Assembly: GCA_016839555.1 (NCBI GenBank)
Contig: JAEOUA010000001.1
Span: 64,001-128,000 of the forward strand
DNA from: Promethearchaeota archaeon
GTDB taxonomy: Archaea > Asgardarchaeota > Lokiarchaeia > Sigyniarchaeales > SOKP01
Reading direction: 5' to 3'
Length of the DNA stretch: 64,000 nt
Below the pieces are notes generated by a model, which had not been told where the DNA came from, ran no database searches, and was given only the letters and a program-made list of their open reading frames with translations. The stretch's first letter is position 1. Every line of letters begins with the position of its first letter. The translations under genes and the position numbers were made by a program. Positions 1 to 9,742 of this stretch are shown here, one piece after another.

Positions 1-2
1 AT

Positions 3-755
3 CATCAAAACGAACTTGAGCGATTTGTAGGTCCTAAAAATTCTAAAGAAAAATATAAAAATTTTACAATTCCCAAAGATCTAAAAGCATCAGAAGGAGA
101 TTGGGAGCAGAATTATCCCGATTATCTCGGCTGTTGTGCAAGTATTGATAAAAATATTCAGAGAATTTTTAATAAATTAGAAGAATTAGAACTTATGGAA
201 AATACAATTTTATTTTTTACAAGCGATCATGGCTGCCACTTTAAAACAAGAAATTGGGAGTATAAAAGATCTTGTCATGACGCATCTATTCATATCCCCT
301 TAATAGTTTATGGGTCTCAATTTTTAATAGGTAAAAAAATTAAAGAACTGGTTAGCATCATAGATATTCCTCCCACAATTTTGAAAATAGCTGGTGTTCA
401 TATTCCTCCTTATATAAAAGGGAGACCATTACAAGATTTAATAGAAGAAACCCCAAAAGAGTGGCCAAATAAAATATTTATTCAAATTAGCGAATCGCAA
501 GTGGGAAGAGCAATACGCACCAAAAAATGGAAATATTCTGTTCGTGCTCCCCATAAATCTGGATTTTTATTCTCTAAAAGTAAAGTCTATTGCGAGGATT
601 TTTTATATGACTTAGAGAATGATCTATTTGAACAAAATAATCTGATTGAAGATCCTCAGCATATTAATATAAGAAAAAAATTGGCAACGCTTTTAAAGAA
701 GCATATGAAAAATGCAGGTGAAGAAATTCCAGAAATAATTCCTTATAAAGGTTGA
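3..755 (+). CDS. Sulfatase-like hydrolase, C-terminal part (5' end lies outside the window)
   Basis: The frame is open from base 3 (HQNELERFVGP...YLGCCASIDKNIQRI) into the tracked ORF. Sulfatase motifs FTSDHG, SIHIPLIV, VSIIDIPPTIL and LYDLENDLFEQNNL are present. Confidence 0.85.
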   Translation, partial: HQNELERFVGPKNSKEKYKNFTIPKDLKASEGDWEQNYPDYLGCCASIDKNIQRIFNKLEELELMENTILFFTSDHGCHFKTRNWEYKRSCHDASIHIPLIVYGSQFLIGKKIKELVSIIDIPPTILKIAGVHIPPYIKGRPLQDLIEETPKEWPNKIFIQISESQVGRAIRTKKWKYSVRAPHKSGFLFSKSKVYCEDFLYDLENDLFEQNNLIEDPQHINIRKKLATLLKKHMKNAGEEIPEIIPYKG

Positions 756-789
756 GTAGATTTAACTTTTCAATTACAAAATTTTTTTA

Positions 790-1167
790 TTAATTATCAA
801 TTGATACAGTCACGGCAGCATTACACATTATTATAATATCCGAAGTATCTCCTAATTCTTCTATTTTTATTCCTTTCACTGCTAATCCTCCTTTAACTAT
901 TTCTATAGACTTTTCTCCAAAAGGGACAGCCCTTAATACCTTCTTTTCATCAATATTTTCTGGATATGGTGCTCCAATTTTAACATGAACTTTCATTTGC
1001 AATAATTCTTTTGGACTAGATAGATTACAAATCTCTATGAGTCCAGTTAAACAATTATCTGAGATAGCATTTTTAATTGCTTTCTGTGCAGCGGTGGTGC
1101 AATCGTTTTTATGCCCATGTTGATCAGTTCCACAACCCAATTGAACTATAAATCGTTTTTCAGTCAT
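790..1167 (-). CDS. Lin0512-family conserved protein
   Basis: N-terminal RFIVQLGCGTDQHG..CTTAAQKAIKNAI and later VPFGEK..IVKGGL and CNAAVTV match the Lin0512 family pattern. Confidence 0.75.
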   Translation of the reverse strand: MTEKRFIVQLGCGTDQHGHKNDCTTAAQKAIKNAISDNCLTGLIEICNLSSPKELLQMKVHVKIGAPYPENIDEKKVLRAVPFGEKSIEIVKGGLAVKGIKIEELGDTSDIIIMCNAAVTVSIDN

Positions 1168-1381
1168 TTTTTAAATTACTATTTAGTTTTTTATAAAGAT
1201 ATAATAATGTAAAAATTGTTTCGGAAAATAAAGATTTTTACTTCTTTCAATTCATTAAGCAAATTATCAGTTAAAGCAAGCAGAATAAGAAAAATTTCAA
1301 TAAATTGGAAAAATTTAAACGAAAACTAAAAAATTAAGCATGAATTTATTAAATAAATAATCAAGAAAAATACCCAATTCT

Positions 1382-3127
1382 ATGGATCTCATTGATAGAA
1401 AAAAGCTAGCAGAATATATTAATTCTTATATTCCCTATTTGTCTGTAGGTCAAATTGAGGATTTGATCGAAAAGCCTCCTAAAGAGATCAATTACACTTA
1501 TGCTTTACCCTTATTCAAATTAGCAAAACATGAAAAAAAATCCCCCCACCTTATAGCAAAAGACTTGAGTAAAAAAATGATATTACCTTCTTTCTTAGAG
1601 GAAATAACACCAGAAGGTCCTTATATAAATTTTAGAGTGACACCAATTCTCATATTACGAAATATTTTTGAACTAAAAGAAAATTATGGGAGAATGAGGG
1701 AAAAATTAGAAAAAAGGCGTGAAGAAAAAAGGGAAGCTGATATAATCGAAAATGGTTCACGTCGTATCGTGATAGAATATCCTTCTCCCAATACAAACAA
1801 ACCCCTTCATCTAGGACATATTAGAAATATGCTTATAGGGAGTTCAACATCGAACATATTGGAATATAAGGGATATAAAGTTTTTCAAGTGAATTTAAAT
1901 AATGATAGAGGAATTCATATTTGTAAAACTATGCTTGCTTATAAAAAGCTGGGGAAGGGAAAGAAGCCAAACAAGAAGCCAGACCATTTTTTGGGAGACT
2001 TTTATGTCAAATATAATGAATTAGAAGATCAAAACGAAGATATTATAAATGAGGCACAAGAATTATTAAAAAAATGGGAAGAGAGAGATTCAGAAACTCT
2101 TGCATTATGGAAAAAAATTAATTCTTGGGCAATTGAAGGATTTCAAGAGACATACAAGAAATTTGGAATTTCTTTTGATAAGCAATATTTTGAATCAGAT
2201 TATTATTGGAAAGGAAAAAAAATCGTGTTTGAGGGATATCAAAAAGGTATTTTCAAAAAAACTGATGATGGTGCTATTATTGCTCCTTTAGAAGATAAAT
2301 ATGATTTGCCGGATAAAATTCTTTTAAGAAGTGATGGAACTTCTCTCTATATTACTCAAGATATTTTTCTTGCCTATTTAAAGAAAAAAGATTTTGATTA
2401 TGATGATTCTATATATGTTGTGGGAAATGAGCAAGATTTATATTTCAAACAATTATTTGCGGTGCTGGAAATGCTTGGATTTAAAGAAAAAAAATATCAT
2501 TTATCGTATGGTATGATATATCTCCCTGAGGGAAAAATGAAAAGTAGAGAAGGAATAGTAGTGGATGCAGATGATTTAGTTGAAGAAATGCAATCACTTG
2601 CATACAAAGAGGTCGATAAAAGATACCCGAATTTATCTAAAAATGAAAAAAATAAACGAGCAAATATCATCGGAATGTCCGCATTAAGATTTTATATATT
2701 AAAAATTAGCCCAAAATCCGACTTTATTTTCGACCCTGAAGAAAGTATTTCTTTTGAAGGTGAAACAGGGCCCTATGTACAATATGTTTTTGCAAGAATT
2801 CAATCTATTATTAAAAAATCTTCCTTGAAAATCGATACTTCTATTAATCCCAACCTTTTAAATGATATAACGGAATTAGATCTTATTAAATATCTCAATT
2901 ATTTCCCAGAAATAGTAGATACTGCCGCAAAAAACTACGAAATCCATCTGATTCCCCAATATTTATTGCATTTATGTCAGATTTTTAATTCATTCTATAG
3001 TAAATGTCCCGTGATTCAAGAAAATAAAGATTTAGAGAAAGCACGATTGCTATTAATTAGATGCGTTCAGACAGTTATTAAAATCGGATTGAATTTAATC
3101 GGGATAAAAACCCTTAAAGAAATGTAG
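1382..3127 (+). CDS. argS: Arginine--tRNA ligase
   Basis: EYPSPNTNKPLHLGHIRN (HIGH-type), LLRSDGTSLY, KMKSREG (KMSKS-like), FEGETGPYVQY, C-terminal ..KEM. Confidence 0.97.
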   Translation: MDLIDRKKLAEYINSYIPYLSVGQIEDLIEKPPKEINYTYALPLFKLAKHEKKSPHLIAKDLSKKMILPSFLEEITPEGPYINFRVTPILILRNIFELKENYGRMREKLEKRREEKREADIIENGSRRIVIEYPSPNTNKPLHLGHIRNMLIGSSTSNILEYKGYKVFQVNLNNDRGIHICKTMLAYKKLGKGKKPNKKPDHFLGDFYVKYNELEDQNEDIINEAQELLKKWEERDSETLALWKKINSWAIEGFQETYKKFGISFDKQYFESDYYWKGKKIVFEGYQKGIFKKTDDGAIIAPLEDKYDLPDKILLRSDGTSLYITQDIFLAYLKKKDFDYDDSIYVVGNEQDLYFKQLFAVLEMLGFKEKKYHLSYGMIYLPEGKMKSREGIVVDADDLVEEMQSLAYKEVDKRYPNLSKNEKNKRANIIGMSALRFYILKISPKSDFIFDPEESISFEGETGPYVQYVFARIQSIIKKSSLKIDTSINPNLLNDITELDLIKYLNYFPEIVDTAAKNYEIHLIPQYLLHLCQIFNSFYSKCPVIQENKDLEKARLLLIRCVQTVIKIGLNLIGIKTLKEM

Positions 3128-3162
3128 CATATTGAAATAAATTTTAAAAATTGTGAACGATT

Positions 3163-4059
3163 GTGAACTTTTTTGATTTTGGAGAAGTTATAACAATGGA
3201 TACTGAATTTGTCATTTTTGGCATACCCTGGGATTATTTCACGTCTCTAAAGAATACAAACTCCGCTTCAGCTCCAGAAAAAATAAGGGAAGTATCTCAG
3301 CATCTAGCGTTAACCACAGAACAGGGAATTAAAATTCCGGAATTAAGGGTAATCGATTTAGGAAATATCGATATTAAAAAAGAAAAAATACCCGAGAACT
3401 TAAAAAAAATTCAAAATTTTATTGAAAACATTTATAATCAAAAGCAAGATTTAGTATTAATAATGATAGGGGGCGACCATTTTTGTTCCTATCCAGTAAT
3501 AAAAGCATGTGGAAATAGGTTTAAGGAAGAGAAAAGCTTTGGAGTGATAATTTTCGATGCGCATTTGGATTTTTATCAAGAATTCGATAATAATATCTAT
3601 TCTCATGCTGCAGTTTCACATCGAATTTATGATTTAGAATTTATTAACCCTCTTAATTTTTTGATTGTTGGAACGCGGGATATTGATATTCCCGAGCTGG
3701 AATTAGCAAAGCAAGAAAAAATCACATACTTTAACGCATACGAATCCATCGATGGTTTAAATGATTATATTAATAGAATTATTTTATTTTTTCAAAAATC
3801 TAACATTAAAAACCTTTATTTATCAATTGATATCGATGTATTAGATCCCTCTATCGCACCAGCAACAGGATATGCCATCCCGGGAGGTTTTTTATATCGA
3901 GATCTATGGAGTATATTAAAAAAAATCTCTCAAAATTTTAATATTATTGGATTTGATGTTGTAGAAGTTTCTCCTAATTTAGATTTACCAAATAATATAA
4001 CATGTAATTTAGCTGCGAAGCTGATTACTGAATTAATATCATTTATTTCTAATAGATAA
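3163..4059 (+). CDS. speB: Agmatinase (ureohydrolase/arginase family)
   Basis: GGDH, DAHLD, SHA, SIDIDVLDPSIAPATG and GFDVVEVSP metal-binding motifs. GTG start. Confidence 0.85.
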   Translation: MNFFDFGEVITMDTEFVIFGIPWDYFTSLKNTNSASAPEKIREVSQHLALTTEQGIKIPELRVIDLGNIDIKKEKIPENLKKIQNFIENIYNQKQDLVLIMIGGDHFCSYPVIKACGNRFKEEKSFGVIIFDAHLDFYQEFDNNIYSHAAVSHRIYDLEFINPLNFLIVGTRDIDIPELELAKQEKITYFNAYESIDGLNDYINRIILFFQKSNIKNLYLSIDIDVLDPSIAPATGYAIPGGFLYRDLWSILKKISQNFNIIGFDVVEVSPNLDLPNNITCNLAAKLITELISFISNR

Positions 4060-4067
4060 TTAGGTTA

Positions 4068-5021
4068 GTGTTAATTATGTCCGAAAATAATTTTAAAAAA
4101 AAGTTAAAAAAGGTTAATCAAATAAAAATTACAAAAAAAACGTCCATCACCTCTCTTATGTTAGCATTAAATGAAACAGGATTTAATGCGAAACGCTTAG
4201 CTGTTGCGTGCGAAATATATGAAAAAATGATAAAAGATCCCGAATGTGTTAAGTTTTTTGGACTCGCAGGCGCTATGGTACCCGTTGGTATGCAAAGTAT
4301 TATCCATGATTTTATTGAAGAGGGCTATATTGATGTATTAGTCACAACCGGAGCCAATTTAACACACGATATTGCAGAGACTTTAGGATACCATCATCTT
4401 CAAGGAGATATAAATATTGAAGACCTAGATGATGCAATATTACATAAAGATCAAATAAACCGAATATATGACGTTTTCTTACCGAATGAAGTCTATGAAG
4501 GAATAGAAGATTTCATTTCTAAATTAGATATCCCTTCCAAAGATATGGCAGTTCATGAGTTTCTAAAATTTTTGGGAAAACAGTTACCTGAAGATCCTAA
4601 TTCTATTTTAAAAATAGCCGCTGAAAAGGATGTGCCGATCTTTTGTCCCGCATTCACAGATTCAGGCCTAGCTCTGCAAATAGGATTTCATTATAAAAAA
4701 TTAAACTTAAATCATTTTTCTGATATGCTCAAATTAATTGATCTTGCATGGGATTCTAAAAAAGCGGGAGTATGTATTATTGGTGGAGGCGTCCCTAAAA
4801 ACTTCATTTTTCAATCCCTTCAATTCTGTCCCACGTCAGCGCGTTATGCAATTCAAATAACTATGGATCGTCCAGAACCAGGTGGATTAAGTGGGGCTAC
4901 TCTAAGTGAAGCAATTTCATGGGGAAAAGTAAATGAACAAGCGGAACATTCCATGGTAATTGTTGATGCAACGATAGCATTACCATTAATCTTATGGTAT
5001 TTGAAATCTACTATAAAATAA
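4068..5021 (+). CDS. dys: Deoxyhypusine synthase
   Basis: GLAGAMVP, TTGANLTHD, PIFCPAFTDS, GGGVPKNF, GGLSGATLSEAISWGKV (catalytic Lys), DATIALP. Confidence 0.93.
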   Translation: MLIMSENNFKKKLKKVNQIKITKKTSITSLMLALNETGFNAKRLAVACEIYEKMIKDPECVKFFGLAGAMVPVGMQSIIHDFIEEGYIDVLVTTGANLTHDIAETLGYHHLQGDINIEDLDDAILHKDQINRIYDVFLPNEVYEGIEDFISKLDIPSKDMAVHEFLKFLGKQLPEDPNSILKIAAEKDVPIFCPAFTDSGLALQIGFHYKKLNLNHFSDMLKLIDLAWDSKKAGVCIIGGGVPKNFIFQSLQFCPTSARYAIQITMDRPEPGGLSGATLSEAISWGKVNEQAEHSMVIVDATIALPLILWYLKSTIK

Positions 5022-5099
5022 AATATTTAAAATCAAACAAGCAAGAAAAAGTCTTAAAAAATTAAAAATAAAAAAAACTGGAATTAAATGAAGATTCCC

Positions 5100-5648
5100 T
5101 TATTTAACTTCAATTTTTTTCTTCTCTACTGGCTCAGGTTCTTTCTTTGGAACTTTCACTTTTAAGATTCCTTTATCAAGGATAGCATCAATGCTGTCTT
5201 CGTCAATATTATCTGGCAAATTAAATGCTCGATAGTAATTCGCTGATCGATATTCGCTCCTTACGACCTCTCCTTTCTCCTCTTCTTTCTTTTCTTCCTC
5301 CATTTCTCCTTTAATCTCTAATAAGCCATCATGTATTGAAACTTCTATATCTCCTCTATCTAAGCCTGGCATTTCTGCAGATATCATAAATGCTTTATCA
5401 TCTTCAATGATATTTGATAATGGTGTGCGGAAAATTGGTCTATCTTCCCACTTCAAAAGTGCTCTAGGTCTTCTAAAAGGTCGCCAGAATAGATTATCAA
5501 AAGATCTTGTCATATCATCAAACATTTTATCCATCTCCTGGAACAGCGAGAATGGATTATGGCGTCTTATTGATAATTCACGAGATTTCTTTTCATCTGA
5601 AGTTTCTTTAGAACCTTCACCTTTTTTCACATCAATCTTTTCAGACAT
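5100..5648 (-). CDS. Small heat shock protein (Hsp20/alpha-crystallin)
   Basis: AEMPGL..DIEVS, YYRAFNLP, AILDKGILKVKVPK and C-terminal IEV (IXI/V) motif. GGAGGT ribosome-binding site upstream. Confidence 0.95.
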   Translation of the reverse strand: MSEKIDVKKGEGSKETSDEKKSRELSIRRHNPFSLFQEMDKMFDDMTRSFDNLFWRPFRRPRALLKWEDRPIFRTPLSNIIEDDKAFMISAEMPGLDRGDIEVSIHDGLLEIKGEMEEEKKEEEKGEVVRSEYRSANYYRAFNLPDNIDEDSIDAILDKGILKVKVPKKEPEPVEKKKIEVK

Positions 5649-5694
5649 ATCATCAACCTCCTATTTCTTTATTGAAATGTTTTAGTAATAAGGG

Positions 5695-5735
5695 GATTGT
5701 AAATTATTACTTTACAATCTCTATTTTAAATAGAG
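5695..5735. promoter_or_regulatory. Two adjacent inverted repeats upstream of hsp20 (candidate repressor operator or 5'UTR hairpin)
   Basis: GATTGTAAA-N7-TTTACAATC (5695-5719) and CTCTATTT-T-AAATAGAG (5719-5735) lie just downstream of a minus-strand TTTAAATA TATA-like box near 5745-5752. Confidence 0.5.
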
Positions 5736-5942
5736 TAATTCTATATATTTAAATCTTTTGGTTTTAATTTTTAAATAAGATCTGAATTTATCTTACCTAA
5801 TGAAATCCCATTAATAGCCCGTTCTAATAATTAATAATGTTTTTTATTTTAAAATGTTTCTGGCATCTTTTCTTTATTCTTTATTTTTCTTATTTTGTCA
5901 AAAAAAAGTACAAACAAATATAATCTTTAATAAAGAATTTGC

Positions 5943-6443
5943 TTATTTTTTCTTCTCATTTTCAATATACTTTTCGAGTAAAGTAAATACTTCTTTTAAT
6001 ACAAGCTTTTTAAATATGAGGCGATTAGCATGAAATATATGCTTATTGACAAATGTCTCTTCGCTCGAAGAAAATCCTATATATACTAAACCAACTGGTT
6101 TTTCTGGAGTTCCTCCCGTAGGACCTGCAATACCTGTAATTCCAATCCCTACATCCACCCCTGAAAGTTTTCGAATCCCTTGACCTAATTGCTTCGCAAC
6201 TTCTTCAGATACCGCTCCATTCTGCTCGATTATTTGCTTATTAACGTTAACCATCTCAATTTTCGCTTTATTACTATAACAAACTACACCTCGTTCAAAA
6301 ACTTTTGAAGAACCTGATATATTTGTGATCATATGACAGATATAACCTCCAGTGCAAGATTCCGCAAATGCAATCATTTTTTTGTTCTGGGTAAAAAGAT
6401 CTATTATTCTCCCAATCCTTTTTAAGTAATCCACTCTCATCAC
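5943..6443 (-). CDS. CinA/PncC-family nicotinamide mononucleotide deamidase
   Basis: AESCTGG, SGSSKVFERGVVCYSNKAK, GAVSEEVA, GITGIAGPTGGTPEKPVGLVYIG. Confidence 0.92.
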   Translation of the reverse strand: MMRVDYLKRIGRIIDLFTQNKKMIAFAESCTGGYICHMITNISGSSKVFERGVVCYSNKAKIEMVNVNKQIIEQNGAVSEEVAKQLGQGIRKLSGVDVGIGITGIAGPTGGTPEKPVGLVYIGFSSSEETFVNKHIFHANRLIFKKLVLKEVFTLLEKYIENEKKK

Positions 6444-6573
6444 TAAAATTTTTTTTCCACATTTTTTTATCTTTATATAAAATAATAAGAGTTAAAAACA
6501 AAAAATAAATAATTGTTATATATATTTTCTATGGTTAATTACTTACAATAAAAATATTCTACAGTGTGATTGA

Positions 6574-7116
6574 ATGAGCAGTAAAGACGATAAAAAGGGC
6601 TATGTGTTTAAAATAACGGTGATAGGTGATGGTGCCGTTGGAAAAACCTCTCTCATTAAGAAATACACACAAGGTTCATTTCAAAAAGATTATATTAAAA
6701 CACTAGGAGCTCAATTCAGTAAATATGATGAGGAAATAGAGGGAGAGAATTGCAAACTTTTCTTTTGGGACATTGCTGGGCAAGATCAATGGAAATTCAT
6801 GAGGCCCACGTTCTATAAAGGCAGTAAAGCAGCAATAATCGTATTTTCGCATACAAATCCAGAGAGTTTTGACAATGTGCCAAAATGGCATGAAGATATC
6901 AAAAAATACTGCGGAGACATTCCCATTGTATTATTCGGGAACAAGCTTGATTTAGTTGATGAAAAAGATTTAAATGATAAAAAAGTCCAAAAATTGGTGA
7001 AAAAAAGGGAATTTTTAGCATATATGAAGACCTCAGCCAAAACAGGTACAGGAGTATATCAAGGCTTTCAAAAAATAATCAGAGAATTGCATTCGAAATA
7101 TAAACTAAGAGAATAA
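6574..7116 (+). CDS. Rab/Ras-like small GTPase
   Basis: G1 GDGAVGKT, G2 YIKTLG, G3 WDIAGQ, G4 NKLD, G5 TSAK. No C-terminal prenylation cysteines. Confidence 0.95.
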   Translation: MSSKDDKKGYVFKITVIGDGAVGKTSLIKKYTQGSFQKDYIKTLGAQFSKYDEEIEGENCKLFFWDIAGQDQWKFMRPTFYKGSKAAIIVFSHTNPESFDNVPKWHEDIKKYCGDIPIVLFGNKLDLVDEKDLNDKKVQKLVKKREFLAYMKTSAKTGTGVYQGFQKIIRELHSKYKLRE

Positions 7117-7124
7117 GTATATGA

Positions 7125-7433
7125 ATGATAGAGAATAACGAAAATAAGCAAGGGAATCCCAAAATTTTATTCTTTTCATCAAAATATTGTATGCCATGTA
7201 AACCTGTAGAAGATCGCTTAAAAAAAATTAATATTTCAATGTTTGGGAAAAAGTTAAATATAGAAAAGATTAACATCAACGAAGATATGAATCGAGAAAA
7301 AATAAATACTTATAAGATCACTTCTGTTCCCACGATAATTGTTGGGGGAAGAAAATTGATGGTAAATATTGATGATACGGATATAATAGATGCAATTTTA
7401 CAAGCATATGTTGATTCAGTAAAAATTGAATGA
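7125..7433 (+). CDS. Thioredoxin/glutaredoxin-like protein (CMPC)
   Basis: FFSSKYCMPC CxxC motif and cis-Pro motif ITSVPTIIV. Confidence 0.85.
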   Translation: MIENNENKQGNPKILFFSSKYCMPCKPVEDRLKKINISMFGKKLNIEKININEDMNREKINTYKITSVPTIIVGGRKLMVNIDDTDIIDAILQAYVDSVKIE

Positions 7434-7520
7434 AGATAATTCTGCATTAAAAATATTTTAAATATAAAAAAGGAATAAATTACAACCTAAATAGGAGATG
7501 GGAAAAAAATTAATAGACAA

Positions 7521-7988
7521 TTGTTATCGGAAATATTATCGGAAATGAAAAAGAATTTAAAAAAGGGAGTTTCAATAGGAGATTTAAAGGCGAGTGCCCT
7601 TTTTGCGCTTGGGCAACAGTTGGATGCAATCTTCTACTACCTTGGTCATGAACTTGGCAATATTATAAATGTAAAACCGACTGAAGATGAAAGTCAAATT
7701 ACCGAACAATTAAAGCATATAATCGCTGAATATAATATTGGAGATGTTGAAATCACCAAAAGTACGGAAGAAATTATTGAATTAAAGTTGCGAAATCATT
7801 CTTCCATTAGGGATTTGATTAATAAGGGAATTAAATCTGAATCAAGTTTCTGTTCGTTTGAAGCGGGAATGCTTGCGGGTATTGTAGAAAAAATGAGTGA
7901 TTTTCATTGCTTTGCTCAAGAACTAAATTGCAGTCTCCAATCGGGAGATGACTTCTGTGAATTTATGATCGTCTTTCAAAAAGAATAA
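7521..7988 (+). CDS. V4R (4-vinyl reductase/Bet3-like) domain protein
   Basis: IFYYLGHELG and FCSFEAGMLAGIVEK..AQELNC..GDDFCEF give the V4R Cys/Glu pattern. Confidence 0.85.
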   Translation: MLSEILSEMKKNLKKGVSIGDLKASALFALGQQLDAIFYYLGHELGNIINVKPTEDESQITEQLKHIIAEYNIGDVEITKSTEEIIELKLRNHSSIRDLINKGIKSESSFCSFEAGMLAGIVEKMSDFHCFAQELNCSLQSGDDFCEFMIVFQKE

Positions 7989-8077
7989 AAATGAATAATT
8001 TTTTAAATTTCTAAATTATTAAATTAATATCTTTATTTACATTAAATTCGAATATAATAATTAAGTGAAAAATACAT

Positions 8078-8593
8078 ATGGTGTATAAATGTAAAATTGT
8101 TTTACTTGGCGAAGCAGCTGTGGGCAAAACATCCTTAGTATATCGATTCGTGCAAGATACCTTCCGAGAATCATATAAAAGTACGTTAGGTGTCAATCTA
8201 TTAAAAAAAGATTTAGATATTGACAACTATGGAGATACTTCAGCACAGATCTGGGATTTAGGAGGGCAAGAATCCTTCAAGAGCTTGCGTCAATTATATT
8301 TGGAGGGCGCTAATGGTGCGTTAGTGATTTATGACGTTACAAACAGAAAATCATTCGAGAAATTAGATGAATGGATAACTAGTTTTCGAGAGACAAGAGG
8401 AGATGAGCCGCTCCTTTTAATAGGTAATAAAATAGATTTACAGAAGAGAATTCAAATTGCCGAAAAGGAAGGCAAAGAATATGCCGAGAAAAACAATCTA
8501 TCTTTTCTCATAACCTCGGCTAAAACGGGGGATGCAGTGAAGACTGCTTTTAGAGAATTAATTAAACAAATTTTAGATCGTCTCACTAAGTAA
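8078..8593 (+). CDS. Rab-like small GTPase
   Basis: GEAAVGKTS, YKSTLG, IWDLGGQESF, YLEGANGALVIYDVT, GNKID, TSAKTG. Confidence 0.95.
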   Translation: MVYKCKIVLLGEAAVGKTSLVYRFVQDTFRESYKSTLGVNLLKKDLDIDNYGDTSAQIWDLGGQESFKSLRQLYLEGANGALVIYDVTNRKSFEKLDEWITSFRETRGDEPLLLIGNKIDLQKRIQIAEKEGKEYAEKNNLSFLITSAKTGDAVKTAFRELIKQILDRLTK

Positions 8594-8644
8594 TCTTTTC
8601 AAAATCTAAACTAATATTTAAGAATTCATTACTTCAAATTTTTT

Positions 8645-8809
8645 ATGAAAATCATTTGGAAATTTAATTGGTTACATTATCATATTTATAATATTTTATT
8701 ACGCTATTATTTAAAACCAGATTTAATTTTAGAAACAAATATTTTAGGAATTGAAGAATGTGCTGAAAAAATTTTTTCGAAAATAAAATCTCAATTTCAG
8801 ATAAATTGA
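8645..8809 (+). pseudogene. 54-codon ORF whose C-terminal half resembles the end of a P-loop nucleotide kinase (probable gene remnant)
   Basis: Manual translation gives MKIIWKFNWLHYHIYNILLRYYLKPDLILETNILGIEECAEKIFSKIKSQFQIN*. PDLILET..IEECAEKI resembles the C-termini of CysC-like kinases. Confidence 0.3.
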
Positions 8810-8830
8810 AAGAAAAAAGCTCGTAATAAC

Positions 8831-9190
8831 TTAATCTTTTTTAATTTCATTTTTTTGACATATCGCTTTAAAAGATTCTAGATACTCTTGATAAAGCTCA
8901 TTAATCAAGCTAGAATCTTTAGCTTTTCTAAATGCCATAAGAAATAATTGGTTTAAAGATTTTTTACTATTTTCCCCATAAATATCCCCTTTTAATCCGA
9001 TTAGATCCGAATATTGCTCTAACCAATTATTTAAAATTAATCTATTCTCATTTTTTAAATCTAAATTATTTAATAACCCATAAATACGCAGAATTAAAGG
9101 TGCCTTATATTTTATTTCAAGACTATCCTTTGTTTGATATTCTTTTAAATTCTTTTTATGAGGGATATGATGTGATAAAAAGGCAGGCAT
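8831..9190 (-). CDS. Hypothetical protein
   Basis: 119-aa ORF with host-like composition and no recognised motif. Confidence 0.6.
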   Translation of the reverse strand: MPAFLSHHIPHKKNLKEYQTKDSLEIKYKAPLILRIYGLLNNLDLKNENRLILNNWLEQYSDLIGLKGDIYGENSKKSLNQLFLMAFRKAKDSSLINELYQEYLESFKAICQKNEIKKD

Positions 9191-9306
9191 AGATAAATAT
9201 AAAGAATAAGAGTATGGATAAATATAAATATAATATCTGGAGGATATAGGAAGCTTTTAGCATGAAAATTCTGAAAAAATTTCCTTATTTAAAAAAAGCT
9301 AATTTG

Positions 9307-9588
9307 TTAAAAACTAATTCTAAACCTTTTAAACTCATTCGTAGCTTCTTCATATTTACTCTCGACTCTTTCAATTCTGGCGAATGAGGGACCATTATGA
9401 GCAAACTTTAAAAGCTTTTCCAATTTATCTTCCGGTCCTTCTGCTTCAATATGAACAGAGCCATCTGGCATGTTTTTCACATAGCCCTTTAATCCCCATT
9501 TTTGAGCTTTCTCTTGGGTAGTAGATCTAAAAAATACTCCTTGAACTCTTCCGAACACATCGATTTTTATCCGTTTCACATCTGTCAT
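9307..9588 (-). CDS. acyP: Acylphosphatase
   Basis: VFGRVQGVFFR, GLKGYVKNMPDGSV.IEAEG, GPSFARIERV. Confidence 0.95.
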   Translation of the reverse strand: MTDVKRIKIDVFGRVQGVFFRSTTQEKAQKWGLKGYVKNMPDGSVHIEAEGPEDKLEKLLKFAHNGPSFARIERVESKYEEATNEFKRFRISF

Positions 9589-9742
9589 ATCATTTAATTT
9601 ATAAAACTTTTTAAACTAATGATTTAAAAAAATTAAAAATGAGATCAAATTCGATCCTTTAAATTTTTCCTTGATTAGATTAATCTTAATTAATTACGAT
9701 ATCATTATCTTTTATTTAAAAAAGATATGAATTTATAAGATT

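Noticed and set aside
7524-7546. Tandem repeat TTATCGGAAAT(A) at the start of the V4R gene
   Set aside because: Only two copies, in frame (LSEI-LSEM), with no evidence of function.
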